64,000 nt of DNA from Pirellulales bacterium. Lineage in GTDB: Bacteria > Planctomycetota > Planctomycetia > Pirellulales > Thermoguttaceae. Positions 21,179 through 30,284 of the stretch are shown one piece after another. Position 1 is the first letter of the stretch; each line of letters opens with the position of its first letter. The notes below the pieces were generated by a model. That model was not told where the DNA came from. It did not search any database and saw only the letters and a list, made by a program, of their open reading frames with translations. The translations under genes and the position numbers were made by a program. The stretch spans positions 2,355,933 to 2,419,932 of the forward strand of contig CAWJKP010000001.1 of assembly GCA_963843465.1 (NCBI GenBank), given 5' to 3'.

Positions 21179-21766
21179 ATGCCCCAGACGTTCGTGGAAG
21201 AGAACTTGCGGTTCACGTTCGATGACGCCTGGAGCGTAATCAAGCTCGACGAGGACCCTTTCTTTGTGAATCGGCTCAGGCCCGTGCAGCTTACTCGCGC
21301 CGTAGATTTCCTTGGGCTGCATCGGCAATCTGCTTTGTACTTCATTGAAGTCAAGGACTATCGAGGGTCGGCTATCGAGCTGAAGAATCAAGAGAAGATG
21401 TGCATGGGGGACACGCTGTATCATCAAGTTGCTCGCAAGTCTAAAGATAGCGTGGTATGCATTGCTGGCGCCGCAAGACTCTTGACGGATGCTTTCTGGT
21501 CGCACTGTGCCGATGTTCTCCGGAAACCGCAGTCCATCGTCAAGGTAGTCCTCTGGCTGGAATTCGACTTAGGGCGACGAGGGCATGGGCGAGACTCCAC
21601 GTGGGTTGAGCAGGAAACGAGGATGCTTGCAACGACAAAAGCTAAGTCGCTCAAGGCCGCCCTAACCTGGCTCACGAAAGAGGTGCTCGTCACCAACCAG
21701 ACTCTCGCCGCAAGGGAGTTGCCCGGCGTGACGGTTGAAAATGTCGCACGGGCAGGACACCGATGA
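21179..21766 (+). CDS. Hypothetical 195-aa partner protein with a putative PD-(D/E)xK nuclease motif
   Basis: It starts 3 nt after the ATPase stop. ...RAVDFLGLHRQSALYFIEVKDYRG... gives D-x13-E-V-K spacing compatible with a restriction-endonuclease-like fold. No other recognisable motifs. It has the same low-GC signature as the ATPase. Confidence 0.55.
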   Translation: MPQTFVEENLRFTFDDAWSVIKLDEDPFFVNRLRPVQLTRAVDFLGLHRQSALYFIEVKDYRGSAIELKNQEKMCMGDTLYHQVARKSKDSVVCIAGAARLLTDAFWSHCADVLRKPQSIVKVVLWLEFDLGRRGHGRDSTWVEQETRMLATTKAKSLKAALTWLTKEVLVTNQTLAARELPGVTVENVARAGHR

Positions 21767-21876
21767 GTAGCGACTATAGCGTCAGCCAACTGATCATCAA
21801 CTCGCCCTACCGGGAGCCTGGGGGGAGGCACTGACGAACGCGCTGAGGTTGGGCGCCGCGGGCTGAGAACTACGTC

Positions 21877-21910
21877 TGACCACTGATTACTCACCACTAA
21901 CCACTATTAC
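21877..21910. repeat. Tandem heptamer array T(R)AYCAC x5 ending 3 nt before the thyX start codon
   Basis: TGACCAC TGATTAC TCACCAC TAACCAC TATTAC. A related array lies at 22936-22972 and a partial one at 14443-14473. Confidence 0.4.
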
Positions 21911-21913
21911 TCG

Positions 21914-22822
21914 ATGTCTGCCAACGCCGCCCTTGTGGATCAATTGCGATGGAAGAAGTTTCCCTTGCTCAATGAGGGGTTCGTCTGCCTGGTGGACGCG
22001 ATGGGCGACGACCAGGCGATCGTCCAGGCAGCCCGGGTCAGTTATGGAGAGGGAACCCGGCGGGTCTCCGACGACCGGAGCTTGATCCGCTACTTGATGC
22101 GGCACCAGCATACCACGCCGTTCGAGATGGCCGAGGTGAAGCTCCTGGTGCGGGTGCCGATGGACTGCTGGCGGCAGTGGATCCGCCACCGGACGGCATC
22201 GGTCAACGAGTACAGCACCCGCTATTCGGTGGCCATCGAGGCTGCCCAAATCACCCCGCCGGACGCATGGCGGCTCCAGTCGGGGTCCAACCGGCAAGGC
22301 AGCGAGGGGTTCCTGGACGCCGCCACCGGGGCCGAGTTGTCGGCCGAGGAGCGCCGGCTGCAATCCGAGGCCCGGCGAGTCTACCAGCGGCGGTTGGAGT
22401 TGGGCGTCGCGCGGGAGCAAGCACGCAAGGATCTGCCGCTGGCCACGTTCACCGAGGCCTACTGGAAGATCGACTTGCACAACCTGCTGCACTTTCTCCA
22501 GCTACGGATGGACCCTCACGCCCAGTGGGAGATCGCGCAGTACGCCACCACGATCGGCCATGAGATCGTGCGGCCGTTGTTCCCCCTGGTCTGGGAGGCA
22601 TTCATCGACTATCGTGTGGAGTCGCTCACGCTGGGCCGGCTGGAGCAAGGGGTGGTGGCCCGGTTGGCCGCGTGCGGGCGATTTCCCGCCGGGGAGGCCG
22701 ACTTTCTCGCCGCCCAGGACGCCAGTTGGGAAAAATTGGCCCGCTGCCGCGAGCGCGACGAGTGCCGGGCGAAGCTCGTGCGGCTGGGGCTCTTGCGCGA
22801 TGAAGGGACTGTAGGACAGTAA
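21914..22822 (+). CDS. thyX: Flavin-dependent thymidylate synthase
   Basis: ThyX signature RHRTASVNEYSTRYS (RHR-x7-S), plus the N-terminal ...CLVDAMGDDQAIVQAARVSYG... typical of ThyX. Confidence 0.9.
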   Translation: MSANAALVDQLRWKKFPLLNEGFVCLVDAMGDDQAIVQAARVSYGEGTRRVSDDRSLIRYLMRHQHTTPFEMAEVKLLVRVPMDCWRQWIRHRTASVNEYSTRYSVAIEAAQITPPDAWRLQSGSNRQGSEGFLDAATGAELSAEERRLQSEARRVYQRRLELGVAREQARKDLPLATFTEAYWKIDLHNLLHFLQLRMDPHAQWEIAQYATTIGHEIVRPLFPLVWEAFIDYRVESLTLGRLEQGVVARLAACGRFPAGEADFLAAQDASWEKLARCRERDECRAKLVRLGLLRDEGTVGQ

Positions 22823-22935
22823 TTCAGACGGTGAACAAGCCACGAAGACACCAAGATAATCACGAAACCCCGAAAGAAGCGAAAGCCCGAAGAACCGGAG
22901 GGAGTTGGGGGGACGATCCAATCGCAGCCTGCCGA

Positions 22936-22972
22936 CTACTAACCACTAGCCACTAGCCACTAACCACTAGCG
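22936..22972. repeat. Tandem heptamer array TARCCAC x4-5 ending 7 nt before the downstream start codon
   Basis: CTAACCAC TAGCCAC TAGCCAC TAACCAC TAGCGTG. Confidence 0.4.
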
Positions 22973-22979
22973 TGAAACC

Positions 22980-23372
22980 ATGCCCGACGATCCTAAAGCC
23001 GACGAATTGCTGGAGATCAATCAACGCCTGCTGGACAGCATCGCGGAGGCCGACTGGGAGACCTACTCCACGTTGTGCGATCCTTCCCTGAGTTGCTTCG
23101 AGCCGGAGACCCGAGGGCACCTGGTCGAGGGGATGGAATTCCACCGTTTCTATTTCGACTTGGGAGCCGCCGCGGGACCGCAGAACACGACGATGTGCTC
23201 GCCGCAGGTGCGGTTCGCCGGCGATGCGGCGATCGTCAGCTACGTGCGGCTAAGCCAGCGGTTGGACGCCGAGGGCAAGCCGGCAACGGCCCGCTGCGAG
23301 GAGACCCGCATCTGGCAGCGGAGCGAAAGCGGCTGGCGGCACGTCCATTTCCATCGCTCGGCGGCCCCTTGA
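22980..23372 (+). CDS. SnoaL/NTF2-like (DUF4440 / CaMKII-association-domain-like) small protein
   Basis: 130 aa. ...INQRLLDSIAEADWETYSTLCDPSLSCFEPETRGHLVEGMEFHRFYF...IWQRSESGWRHVHFHRS matches the NTF2-like cone fold pattern. Confidence 0.65.
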   Translation: MPDDPKADELLEINQRLLDSIAEADWETYSTLCDPSLSCFEPETRGHLVEGMEFHRFYFDLGAAAGPQNTTMCSPQVRFAGDAAIVSYVRLSQRLDAEGKPATARCEETRIWQRSESGWRHVHFHRSAAP

Positions 23373-23380
23373 GCGAAACT

Positions 23381-24950
23381 CGTACTCGTCACGCTCCGCG
23401 GTAACCGTTCACGGCCCGGAGGCCGTTCTTTCGTAAATTGATCTGGACACAGGAGGGGTTTTCGGGGACGACATACGTCATGCCGTCCAACGAAGCAAGG
23501 CCACTGACGATTCCACCAGAACTCGATGCCGAGATGACCCCGGCAGTCCGTGCCTTTGTCGGGTTGCTGCTGGACCGGATTGCGAAACTGGAAGCCCGGG
23601 TGGAAGAACTCGAACGTGGCCGGAAAACGCCGCAGAACTCCTCGTTGCCGCCCAGCACAGTGCATCCCCATGCCAAACCCGTCTCGACGAAACGCAAGTC
23701 GAAGAAGAAACGCGGCGGGCAGCCGGGGCACAAGAAACATGAGCGGCCGTTGATCCCCGCCGAGGAGTGCGACGAGGTGAAGCCTCTGAAGCCGACCGAA
23801 TGCCGACGCTGCGGCGAAAAGCTCTCCGGCAGCGATCCCGAGCCGCTGCGGCACCAGGTGTGGGAATTGCCGGAGATCAAGGCCCACGTGACCGAGTACC
23901 AGCGGCATCGGCTGGCGTGTCCCTCGTGCGGAGAAACAACCTGTGCGGAACTGCCTCGCGGCGTGCCTCTGGGGCAGACAGGACCGCGATTGATGGCCTT
24001 CACCGCGCTGTTGATGGCCTACTATCGCCAAAGCAAGCGGCGCACGGCCGAGTTCCTCACGACGCTCTTGGGCCAGCCCTGCTGTCCGGCGCTGACTGTG
24101 AAGATCGAGAACCAGGTGACGGCGGCCGTGCGGCCGTCGTATGAGGCGCTGGCGGCTCAACTGCCCGCCCAAGAGCAGTTGAACATCGACGAAACGGGGA
24201 CCAAGCAGGAAAACGACAAGGCGTGGCTGTGGACCTTCGTCGCCGGCATGTTCACCGTGTTTGCCGTGCGTGCCACGCGCGAGGCCACGGCATTGACCAC
24301 CTTCCTGGGTGCGTCGTTCCACGGCATCGTCACCTGCGATCGGGCCAAAATGTACTGGCACCTGGGCCGTTTGCAATGGTGCTGGGCCCACCTGAAACGC
24401 GATTTCCAAGCGATGATCGACAGCGGCGACCCTCGGGCGAAGCACCTGGGCTTCCGCTTGCGGCACGCAGCGTGCGAATTGTTCGAGCACTGGGCCGACT
24501 ACCGCCAGGGCAGAATTTCGAGGGCGGCCTTGCTGCGTCGGATGGCCCCCGTCCGCCGCAACGTGGAGCGTTTGCTGCTGCGTGGCACCCAATGCGGTCA
24601 CGCCGACACGCGCGGCACGTGCCGGGAATTGTACGAACATCGCTCCTGGCTGTGGATGTTCCTGCGTCACGAAGGGCTGGAACCGACAAACAATGCGGGC
24701 GAGCGGTCGTTGCGTCATGCGGTGATTTGGCGAAAGCTTTCCTTCGGGACCCAAAGCGCCAACGGCAGCCGCTTCGTCGAGACGATGCTGACGGTAGTAG
24801 AAACCTGCCGCCAGCAGCGCCGCAACGCCTTCGCTTTCCTGGCTCACGCCGTCGAAGCTCATCTTGCCCACCAACCTGCCCCTTCATTGCTCCCCGGGGC
24901 GTGAACGGTTACCGCTCCGCGTGACGCACGGCCTCACGCGGAGCGTGAGG
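23381..24950 (+). mobile_element. IS66-family insertion sequence (single-ORF type) with imperfect terminal inverted repeats
   Basis: Left end CGTACTCGTCACGCTCCGCGGTAACCGTTCACGGCC. The reverse complement of the right end is CGTACTCCTCACGCTCCGCG[extra palindrome]GGTAACCGTTCACGCC. It encloses the TnpC-type transposase gene. Confidence 0.75.
23480..24904 (+). CDS. IS66-family transposase (TnpC-like)
   Basis: N-terminal leucine zipper (IAKLEARVEELER). Zinc-ribbon CRRCG...CPSCG. Conserved IS66 blocks: NIDETGTK, WLWTF, CWAHLKRDF, EPTNNAGERSLRHAVIWRK. Confidence 0.85.
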   Translation: MPSNEARPLTIPPELDAEMTPAVRAFVGLLLDRIAKLEARVEELERGRKTPQNSSLPPSTVHPHAKPVSTKRKSKKKRGGQPGHKKHERPLIPAEECDEVKPLKPTECRRCGEKLSGSDPEPLRHQVWELPEIKAHVTEYQRHRLACPSCGETTCAELPRGVPLGQTGPRLMAFTALLMAYYRQSKRRTAEFLTTLLGQPCCPALTVKIENQVTAAVRPSYEALAAQLPAQEQLNIDETGTKQENDKAWLWTFVAGMFTVFAVRATREATALTTFLGASFHGIVTCDRAKMYWHLGRLQWCWAHLKRDFQAMIDSGDPRAKHLGFRLRHAACELFEHWADYRQGRISRAALLRRMAPVRRNVERLLLRGTQCGHADTRGTCRELYEHRSWLWMFLRHEGLEPTNNAGERSLRHAVIWRKLSFGTQSANGSRFVETMLTVVETCRQQRRNAFAFLAHAVEAHLAHQPAPSLLPGA

Positions 24951-25087
24951 AGTACGCAGGCAAAACCTGCCCCCCTGGTTTGACGAGGGGGCCGCGATCT
25001 GCTACCTTCCTTAGTAGGGAAAGGTGCCTCTCCCCTTTTCCCCACGCGGTCACAGTCCACGGTCTCTTCGCAAAAGGTGCTCCTGCA

Positions 25088-25723
25088 ATGAACCGTCGTT
25101 TGACAATCGTCGGCCTGGCGTTATGGGCGGCCTGTTCGGTATACGTCGCCGGCTGCTCGCGGGGACCGTCGCGGGTTCTGCCGCCGAAGATCAGCCCGTC
25201 GTCCGCGGCCAGCGCCGCGATGGCGAAATACGATACCGACAAGGACGGTTACCTGGAGGCCAAGGAACTGGAGAAGGCCCCGGCGCTGCGGTCCGCGCTG
25301 AAGCAGATCGACACCAACGGCGACGGCAAGATTTCGGCCGATGAGATCGCCGCCCGGATCACCAAGTGGCAGGAGAGCAGGCTGGGCCTGACCACGCTGA
25401 CGGCGAGGGTGAGTCTCGACGGCCAGCCGCTGGAGGACGCCACGGTCACCTTCGTGCCGGAGGAGTTTCTCGGCTCCGAGGTCCAAAAGGCAGTCGGCAA
25501 GACCAACAAGGGCGGCATGGCGGGGATGTCGATCGAGCATCCGCAAACGCCGGGCATGCGCGGCGTGCAGCCGGGGCTATACCGGGTGGAGATCTCCAAG
25601 GTGGTCAACGGGAAAGAGACGATACCGTCGAAATACAATACCGAGACGACGCTCGGCGTGGAGGTGGCCCAGGACTCGCCCGCGATGATCTCCGGGGCCC
25701 ATTTCGAGTTGAAGAGCGAGTGA
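25088..25723 (+). CDS. Lipoprotein with two EF-hand calcium-binding loops and a C-terminal beta-sandwich (carboxypeptidase-regulatory-like) domain
   Basis: Lipobox LALWAACSVYVAGCS. EF-hand loops DTDKDGYLEAKE and DTNGDGKISADE. Confidence 0.6.
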   Translation: MNRRLTIVGLALWAACSVYVAGCSRGPSRVLPPKISPSSAASAAMAKYDTDKDGYLEAKELEKAPALRSALKQIDTNGDGKISADEIAARITKWQESRLGLTTLTARVSLDGQPLEDATVTFVPEEFLGSEVQKAVGKTNKGGMAGMSIEHPQTPGMRGVQPGLYRVEISKVVNGKETIPSKYNTETTLGVEVAQDSPAMISGAHFELKSE

Positions 25724-25726
25724 CCC

Positions 25727-26320
25727 ATGCCCAATGAATCCTGGTACGTGCTCGTCGGCGGTCGGCAGTACGGGCCATATCCGCGTGCGGCGATAGAGCA
25801 GTTCGTCGCTGAAGGCCGCCTGACGCCGCAATCCATGCTCCGGCAGGGCGAAACGGGCGGTTGGGCGCCTGCCGGCCAGTTGCTCGACTTCTCCCACGCT
25901 CCCGCTTCGGCCAGCGGGTCTGCACCCGGTGGCTTTCCGCCGGCCGGTCCGCTAGGCTATGCGTCGCCACCGCGATCGAGGCGAAGCACGTGGGTCATGC
26001 CCGTAGTTATTGGCGGCGTTTGCCTGCTGCTGTTCGCGTTCTGCGTTATCCTGCCGATGCTATCGTTTGTCTTTCTCCCCCTGTTTTTGGAACATGACGT
26101 ACACGAGCTTCCGGCGCGGGAGTCGAGGCAAAACACCAAGCGAGTTGAGGGGGAGTCGAACAAGGCGATGAACGACTTCGAAATCAAGGGGATGAAGGAG
26201 TCCAGAATCGAGTGGAAGGAAAAAGAGGCCAAGGCCCGATCGCCGCTGGACGAACCGGCCGTCAAGCCGGACGGTGCGAAGACGCCCGTGGAAGCCGAGC
26301 CCGAGCCGCGCTCGCCGTAA
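25727..26320 (+). CDS. DUF4339 (GYF-like) domain membrane protein
   Basis: N-terminus WYVLVGGRQYGPYPRAAIEQFVAEGRLTPQSMLRQGETGGWAPAGQL is the DUF4339 pattern. It is followed by a transmembrane segment and a Lys/Glu-rich tail. Confidence 0.5.
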   Translation: MPNESWYVLVGGRQYGPYPRAAIEQFVAEGRLTPQSMLRQGETGGWAPAGQLLDFSHAPASASGSAPGGFPPAGPLGYASPPRSRRSTWVMPVVIGGVCLLLFAFCVILPMLSFVFLPLFLEHDVHELPARESRQNTKRVEGESNKAMNDFEIKGMKESRIEWKEKEAKARSPLDEPAVKPDGAKTPVEAEPEPRSP

Positions 26321-26592
26321 GTCGCCGGTCAATTCCTTGGAGTGCGGCGACTTGTCGCCGCTTTTTTGCGGGGCCAAAGCGATCGGGAGACCTATTTCAG
26401 GTGAACTGCCGCGTAGTCTCTTGCCGGCAAATACTGCGGAAAAGCGGCGACAAGTCGCCGCACTCCAAGGACACGTCGCCGCACTCCAAGGGTTGTCCGC
26501 TTGCCTAGGGACTGGGGGCGGTTGCCCGCATCCGCCCCCTCGGCTAAGCTGGATAGTTTGGCAACCTCTCAAACTCCTCGCTTGGGAAGCCG

Positions 26593-29445
26593 ATGAGCGC
26601 GAGCGGCCGGCAGATCGAGACCCAGGACAGCCAGCAGATCCGTATCCGCGGGGCCCGAGTCCATAATCTCCGCAACATCGACCTGGACATCCCGCGCAAC
26701 CGGCTGGTGGTGATTACCGGCCCCAGCGGGTCGGGGAAGAGCTCCTTGGCCTTCGACACCCTCTATGCCGAGGGCCAGCGGCAGTACATCGAAAGCCTCT
26801 CGGTCTACGCCCGCCAGTTCCTCCATCAGCTCGAGCGGCCCGACGTGGACCTGATCGAGGGGCTCCAGCCGACCGTTTCCATCGACCAACGGGCGGGGGC
26901 CCGTAATCCCCGCAGCACGGTCGCCACGGTGACGGAGATCTACGACTACCTGCGGCTGCTGTATGCCCGGCTGGGCGAGCCGAGTTGTTACCAGTGCGGC
27001 GCGCCGATCCGCCAGCAGACGCCCGAGCAGATCCTCGACCGCCTGCTGGCCATGCCCGAGGGCACCCGGCTGATGCTCTTGGCTCCCATGGTCCGCGGGC
27101 GCAAGGGGCAGCACAAGGAGGTCTTCGAGGCGATCCGCAAGGCGGGCTTCAATCGGGTCCGGGTCGACGGCCTGGTGACCGACCTGGACAGCCCGCCCGA
27201 GCTGACCCGGCAGAAGACCCACCAGATCGAGGCCGTGGTCGATCGGGTGGTGATCCGCGAGGGGGTCCGCAGCCGCTTGGCCGAATCGATCAAGCTGGCG
27301 GTTCGTCACGGCGACGACCTGGTGCTGGCCACTTACGAAGAGAAGCGGCCGGACGGCCTGGCGGTCTGGCACGATCTGTTGTTCAGCACGCAATACGCCT
27401 GCCCCAACTGCAAGATCAGTTACGAGGAGCTGGAGCCGCGGACGTTCAGCTTCAACAGTCCCTACGGGGCCTGCCCGACCTGCGAAGGGCTGGGCGTGCG
27501 GGTGGAGTTCGACCGGGAGCTGGTGGTCCCGAACCTGGCGCTCTCGCTGGCCGGCGGCGCGGTGGCGCCTTGGAAAGGCGCCTCGCCGGCAGCCCAGAAA
27601 AAGCTCCAGGCGGCGATGGGGGACTTCATGGCGGCGGCCGGATTCCGCTGGAATACGCCGCTGGAGAAGCTCAAACCCCATGTCCTGGGGGAACTACTGC
27701 ACGGCGACGGCAAGGGCTTTCCCGGTGTGCTGGCGATGCTCCAGAGGCAGTACGCCACGGCCGCCGGCGACGCCCGGCGCCAGCCGCTGGAGATCTTTCG
27801 CGGCGAGGTGACCTGCGCGGCTTGCGGCGGGGCACGGCTGCGGGCGGAGGCCCGCGCGGTCCGCCTGGCCGGCCGGGCGATCCACGAGCTGACGGCCCTG
27901 AACGTCCGCCAGGCGCGGGAGTTCTTCGCCGCGATCGTCTTCCCCGAGCCGCAGCGGCCGATCGCCGAGCCCCTGGTCCGCGAGACGGTCTGGCGGCTGG
28001 AGTTTCTCGACCACGTCGGCCTGGACTACCTCACGCTCGACCGGCCCGCCGACACGCTCTCCGGCGGCGAGTTGCAGCGGGTCCGGCTGGCTTCGGGGCT
28101 GGGCTCGGGACTGGTCGGGGTTTGCTATATCCTCGACGAGCCCTCGATCGGCCTGCACCCCCGCGACAACCAGCGTCTGATCGACGCCATTCGCCAACTC
28201 CAGGTCCGCGGCAACACGGTGATCGTCGTTGAGCACGACGAGACGGTCATGCGGCGGTCGGACTGGCTGGTGGACCTGGGCCCCGGGGCGGGCCGGCACG
28301 GGGGGCAAATCGTGGCCCAAGGCACACCCGACGCCATCAGCCGCGATCCGGCCTCCCTCACCGGCCGCTATCTCTGCGGCGAGCTGCGGATCCCGCTGCC
28401 CGCCCGCCGCCGCCGCGTCTCCAAGACCAAGATGATCACGCTGGAAGGAGCGCGGACCAACAACCTCAAGAACGTCACCGTTCAGTTCCCGCTCTCGGTC
28501 TTCGTGGGCGTCACCGGCGTCAGCGGCTCGGGCAAGAGTTCCCTGTTGGACCAGACGCTGGCCCGGGCGCTGGTGCGCCGCCTGGGCGGCGTCGCGCCCA
28601 AGCCGGGACCGTACGACGGTCTCCGCGGGGCCAGCCGCATCGACAAGGTAGTCCAGATCGACCAGTCGCCCATCGGCCGCACCCCGCGGAGCAATCCGGC
28701 CACCTACAGCGGCGTCTTCGACGAGATCCGCAAGGTCTTCGCCGGCACCCGCGACGCCCGCCGCCACGGCTACCGCTCGGGCCGCTTCAGCTTCAACGTT
28801 GCCGGCGGCCGCTGCGAACAATGCCAAGGGCAGGGCCTGCAGAAGATCGAGATGAACTTCCTGCCCGACCTCTACGTCTCCTGCCCCGTGTGCGAGGGCA
28901 AACGCTTCAACCGCCAGACGCTCGAAGTCCGCTACAAGGGACGCTCGATCGCCGACGTCCTCGACATGCGCGTCGACGACGCCCTGCTGTTCTTCGAGAA
29001 CTTCCCGGCCATCGCCCGGCTGCTGACCAGCCTGCAAGAGGTCGGCTTGGGCTACGTCACGCTGGGGCAATCCTCCACCACGCTCTCCGGCGGCGAGGCG
29101 CAGCGGATCAAGCTGGCCACGGAGCTCGGCCGCGTGGACACCGGCCGCACGCTGTACATCCTCGACGAGCCGACCACCGGCCTGCACTTCGACGACATCC
29201 GCAAGCTCTTGGACGTCCTCTCCCGCCTGGTGGACCTGGGCAACACGGTGATCGTCATCGAGCACAACCTCGACGTGATCAAGTCGGCCGACTGGATCAT
29301 CGACCTGGGGCCCGAAGGCGGCCAGCGCGGCGGCCAGGTGGTGGCCACCGGAACGCCCGAGCAGATCGCCGCCGTCGCCGGCAACCACACCGGCTGGCAT
29401 CTTCGAGGCGTGCTGGAAGGCAAGGAGTTAGGAGTTAGGAGTTAG
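26593..29445 (+). CDS. uvrA: Excinuclease ABC subunit A
   Basis: 950 aa. Two ABC ATPase modules ([15 protein letters not shown]...; [11 protein letters not shown]...), zinc fingers (CPNC...CPTCEG; C.QC.G) and LSGGE signature motifs ([12 protein letters not shown]; [12 protein letters not shown]). The last residues (LGVRS*) are encoded by a heptamer repeat element. Confidence 0.95.
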   Translation: MSASGRQIETQDSQQIRIRGARVHNLRNIDLDIPRNRLVVITGPSGSGKSSLAFDTLYAEGQRQYIESLSVYARQFLHQLERPDVDLIEGLQPTVSIDQRAGARNPRSTVATVTEIYDYLRLLYARLGEPSCYQCGAPIRQQTPEQILDRLLAMPEGTRLMLLAPMVRGRKGQHKEVFEAIRKAGFNRVRVDGLVTDLDSPPELTRQKTHQIEAVVDRVVIREGVRSRLAESIKLAVRHGDDLVLATYEEKRPDGLAVWHDLLFSTQYACPNCKISYEELEPRTFSFNSPYGACPTCEGLGVRVEFDRELVVPNLALSLAGGAVAPWKGASPAAQKKLQAAMGDFMAAAGFRWNTPLEKLKPHVLGELLHGDGKGFPGVLAMLQRQYATAAGDARRQPLEIFRGEVTCAACGGARLRAEARAVRLAGRAIHELTALNVRQAREFFAAIVFPEPQRPIAEPLVRETVWRLEFLDHVGLDYLTLDRPADTLSGGELQRVRLASGLGSGLVGVCYILDEPSIGLHPRDNQRLIDAIRQLQVRGNTVIVVEHDETVMRRSDWLVDLGPGAGRHGGQIVAQGTPDAISRDPASLTGRYLCGELRIPLPARRRRVSKTKMITLEGARTNNLKNVTVQFPLSVFVGVTGVSGSGKSSLLDQTLARALVRRLGGVAPKPGPYDGLRGASRIDKVVQIDQSPIGRTPRSNPATYSGVFDEIRKVFAGTRDARRHGYRSGRFSFNVAGGRCEQCQGQGLQKIEMNFLPDLYVSCPVCEGKRFNRQTLEVRYKGRSIADVLDMRVDDALLFFENFPAIARLLTSLQEVGLGYVTLGQSSTTLSGGEAQRIKLATELGRVDTGRTLYILDEPTTGLHFDDIRKLLDVLSRLVDLGNTVIVIEHNLDVIKSADWIIDLGPEGGQRGGQVVATGTPEQIAAVAGNHTGWHLRGVLEGKELGVRS

Positions 29446-29500
29446 GAGCGATTGTAGGGTGGGACAAGGCCGCCTCGGCGGCCGCCGGCCCACCGGCAGT
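29423..29500. repeat. (GAGTTAG)3 heptamer repeat followed by a family-C palindrome at the 3' end of uvrA
   Basis: AAGGAGTTAGGAGTTAGGAGTTAGGAGCG, then TGTAGGGTGGGACAAGGCCGCCTCGGCGGCCGCCGGCCCACC. The heptamer unit recurs as both arms of the long inverted repeat at 40858-41015. Confidence 0.5.
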
Positions 29501-29535
29501 GACTGGGGGCCGCGTCTATTTGTACTGATGGACGG

Positions 29536-29688
29536 TCACGACCGCGATATGGTCGAGGCAGCGGATATGTCCGAATGCGGCCGCGGCGTGGAAGGTTGCA
29601 AGAACCACATGGCAACCAGGGGCAGGAGCCAATAGACCGTAACGGCTGCTGCCACAAAAAGGACCGCGATCAGCCAACGCCGTTTCAT
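29536..29688 (-). CDS. Possible small (50 aa) single-pass membrane protein downstream of mscL
   Basis: ATG on the minus strand at 29688. MKRRWLIAVLFVAAAVTVYWLLPLVAMWFLQPSTPRPHSDISAASTISRS. It has a strongly hydrophobic core and GC-biased third positions. It is below the 60-aa cutoff of the ORF track, which lists a less protein-like overlapping frame. Confidence 0.3.
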   Translation of the reverse strand: MKRRWLIAVLFVAAAVTVYWLLPLVAMWFLQPSTPRPHSDISAASTISRS

Positions 29689-29754
29689 CGTCGGTCCCCT
29701 TTTTGCAGCCGTGCCTCAGCATAACGCCTGGCGATTGTTATGCTAAAGCATAAC

Positions 29755-30156
29755 CTACCCGAGCTCCGACGTACACTGCGGGCAGCGGACGGCCTTGAGC
29801 GAGATAGCCGACGCGCAGTAAGGGCACTCCTTGGTACTCGGCGGAGGCGACTCTTCCCTCTTCCGCGCAAAGCGGTTGACCTGCTTGATCACCAGAAAGA
29901 CGGCGAAGGCCACGATGAGGAAATTGACCAGGGAATTGAGAAACGCCCCGTAGCGGATTGCCACGCCCTGGTCCAATGCCAGTTGCAAGGCGGAGAAATC
30001 GAGATGGCCGACAACCCAGCCGAGCGGCGGCATGATGATGTCCTTGACCAGCGAGTTGACGATGCCGGTGAAAGCGGCTCCGATGACGATGCCTACGGCC
30101 ATATCAATGGCGTTGCCCTTGACCGCGAAATCGCGAAACTCCTTCAGTATGCCCAT
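29755..30156 (-). CDS. mscL: Large-conductance mechanosensitive channel
   Basis: MGILKEFRDFAVKGNAIDMAVGIVIGAAFTGIVNSLVKDIIMPPLG is the conserved MscL TM1 region. A second TM and a C-terminal zinc-ribbon-like CPYC...CPQC extension follow. Confidence 0.85.
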   Translation of the reverse strand: MGILKEFRDFAVKGNAIDMAVGIVIGAAFTGIVNSLVKDIIMPPLGWVVGHLDFSALQLALDQGVAIRYGAFLNSLVNFLIVAFAVFLVIKQVNRFARKREESPPPSTKECPYCASAISLKAVRCPQCTSELG

Positions 30157-30284
30157 CGTGCGTCTCCCTGAAGTCCTGGAGTAGATCCCGCTTGGAAATG
30201 GAACTGAATCGATCGACGGCTTTCTGTCTGGTGTATCTTACCGGCGACGGCCCGGCAGGCAACACTTTGGCGAACCGCTCAGAG

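Noticed and set aside
26569-29400. Long minus-strand ORFs (370 aa, 568 aa) and plus alternative-frame ORFs (415 aa, 205 aa) inside uvrA
   Set aside because: uvrA reads as an unbroken, motif-complete 950-aa gene on the plus strand. The others are GC-rich shadow frames.
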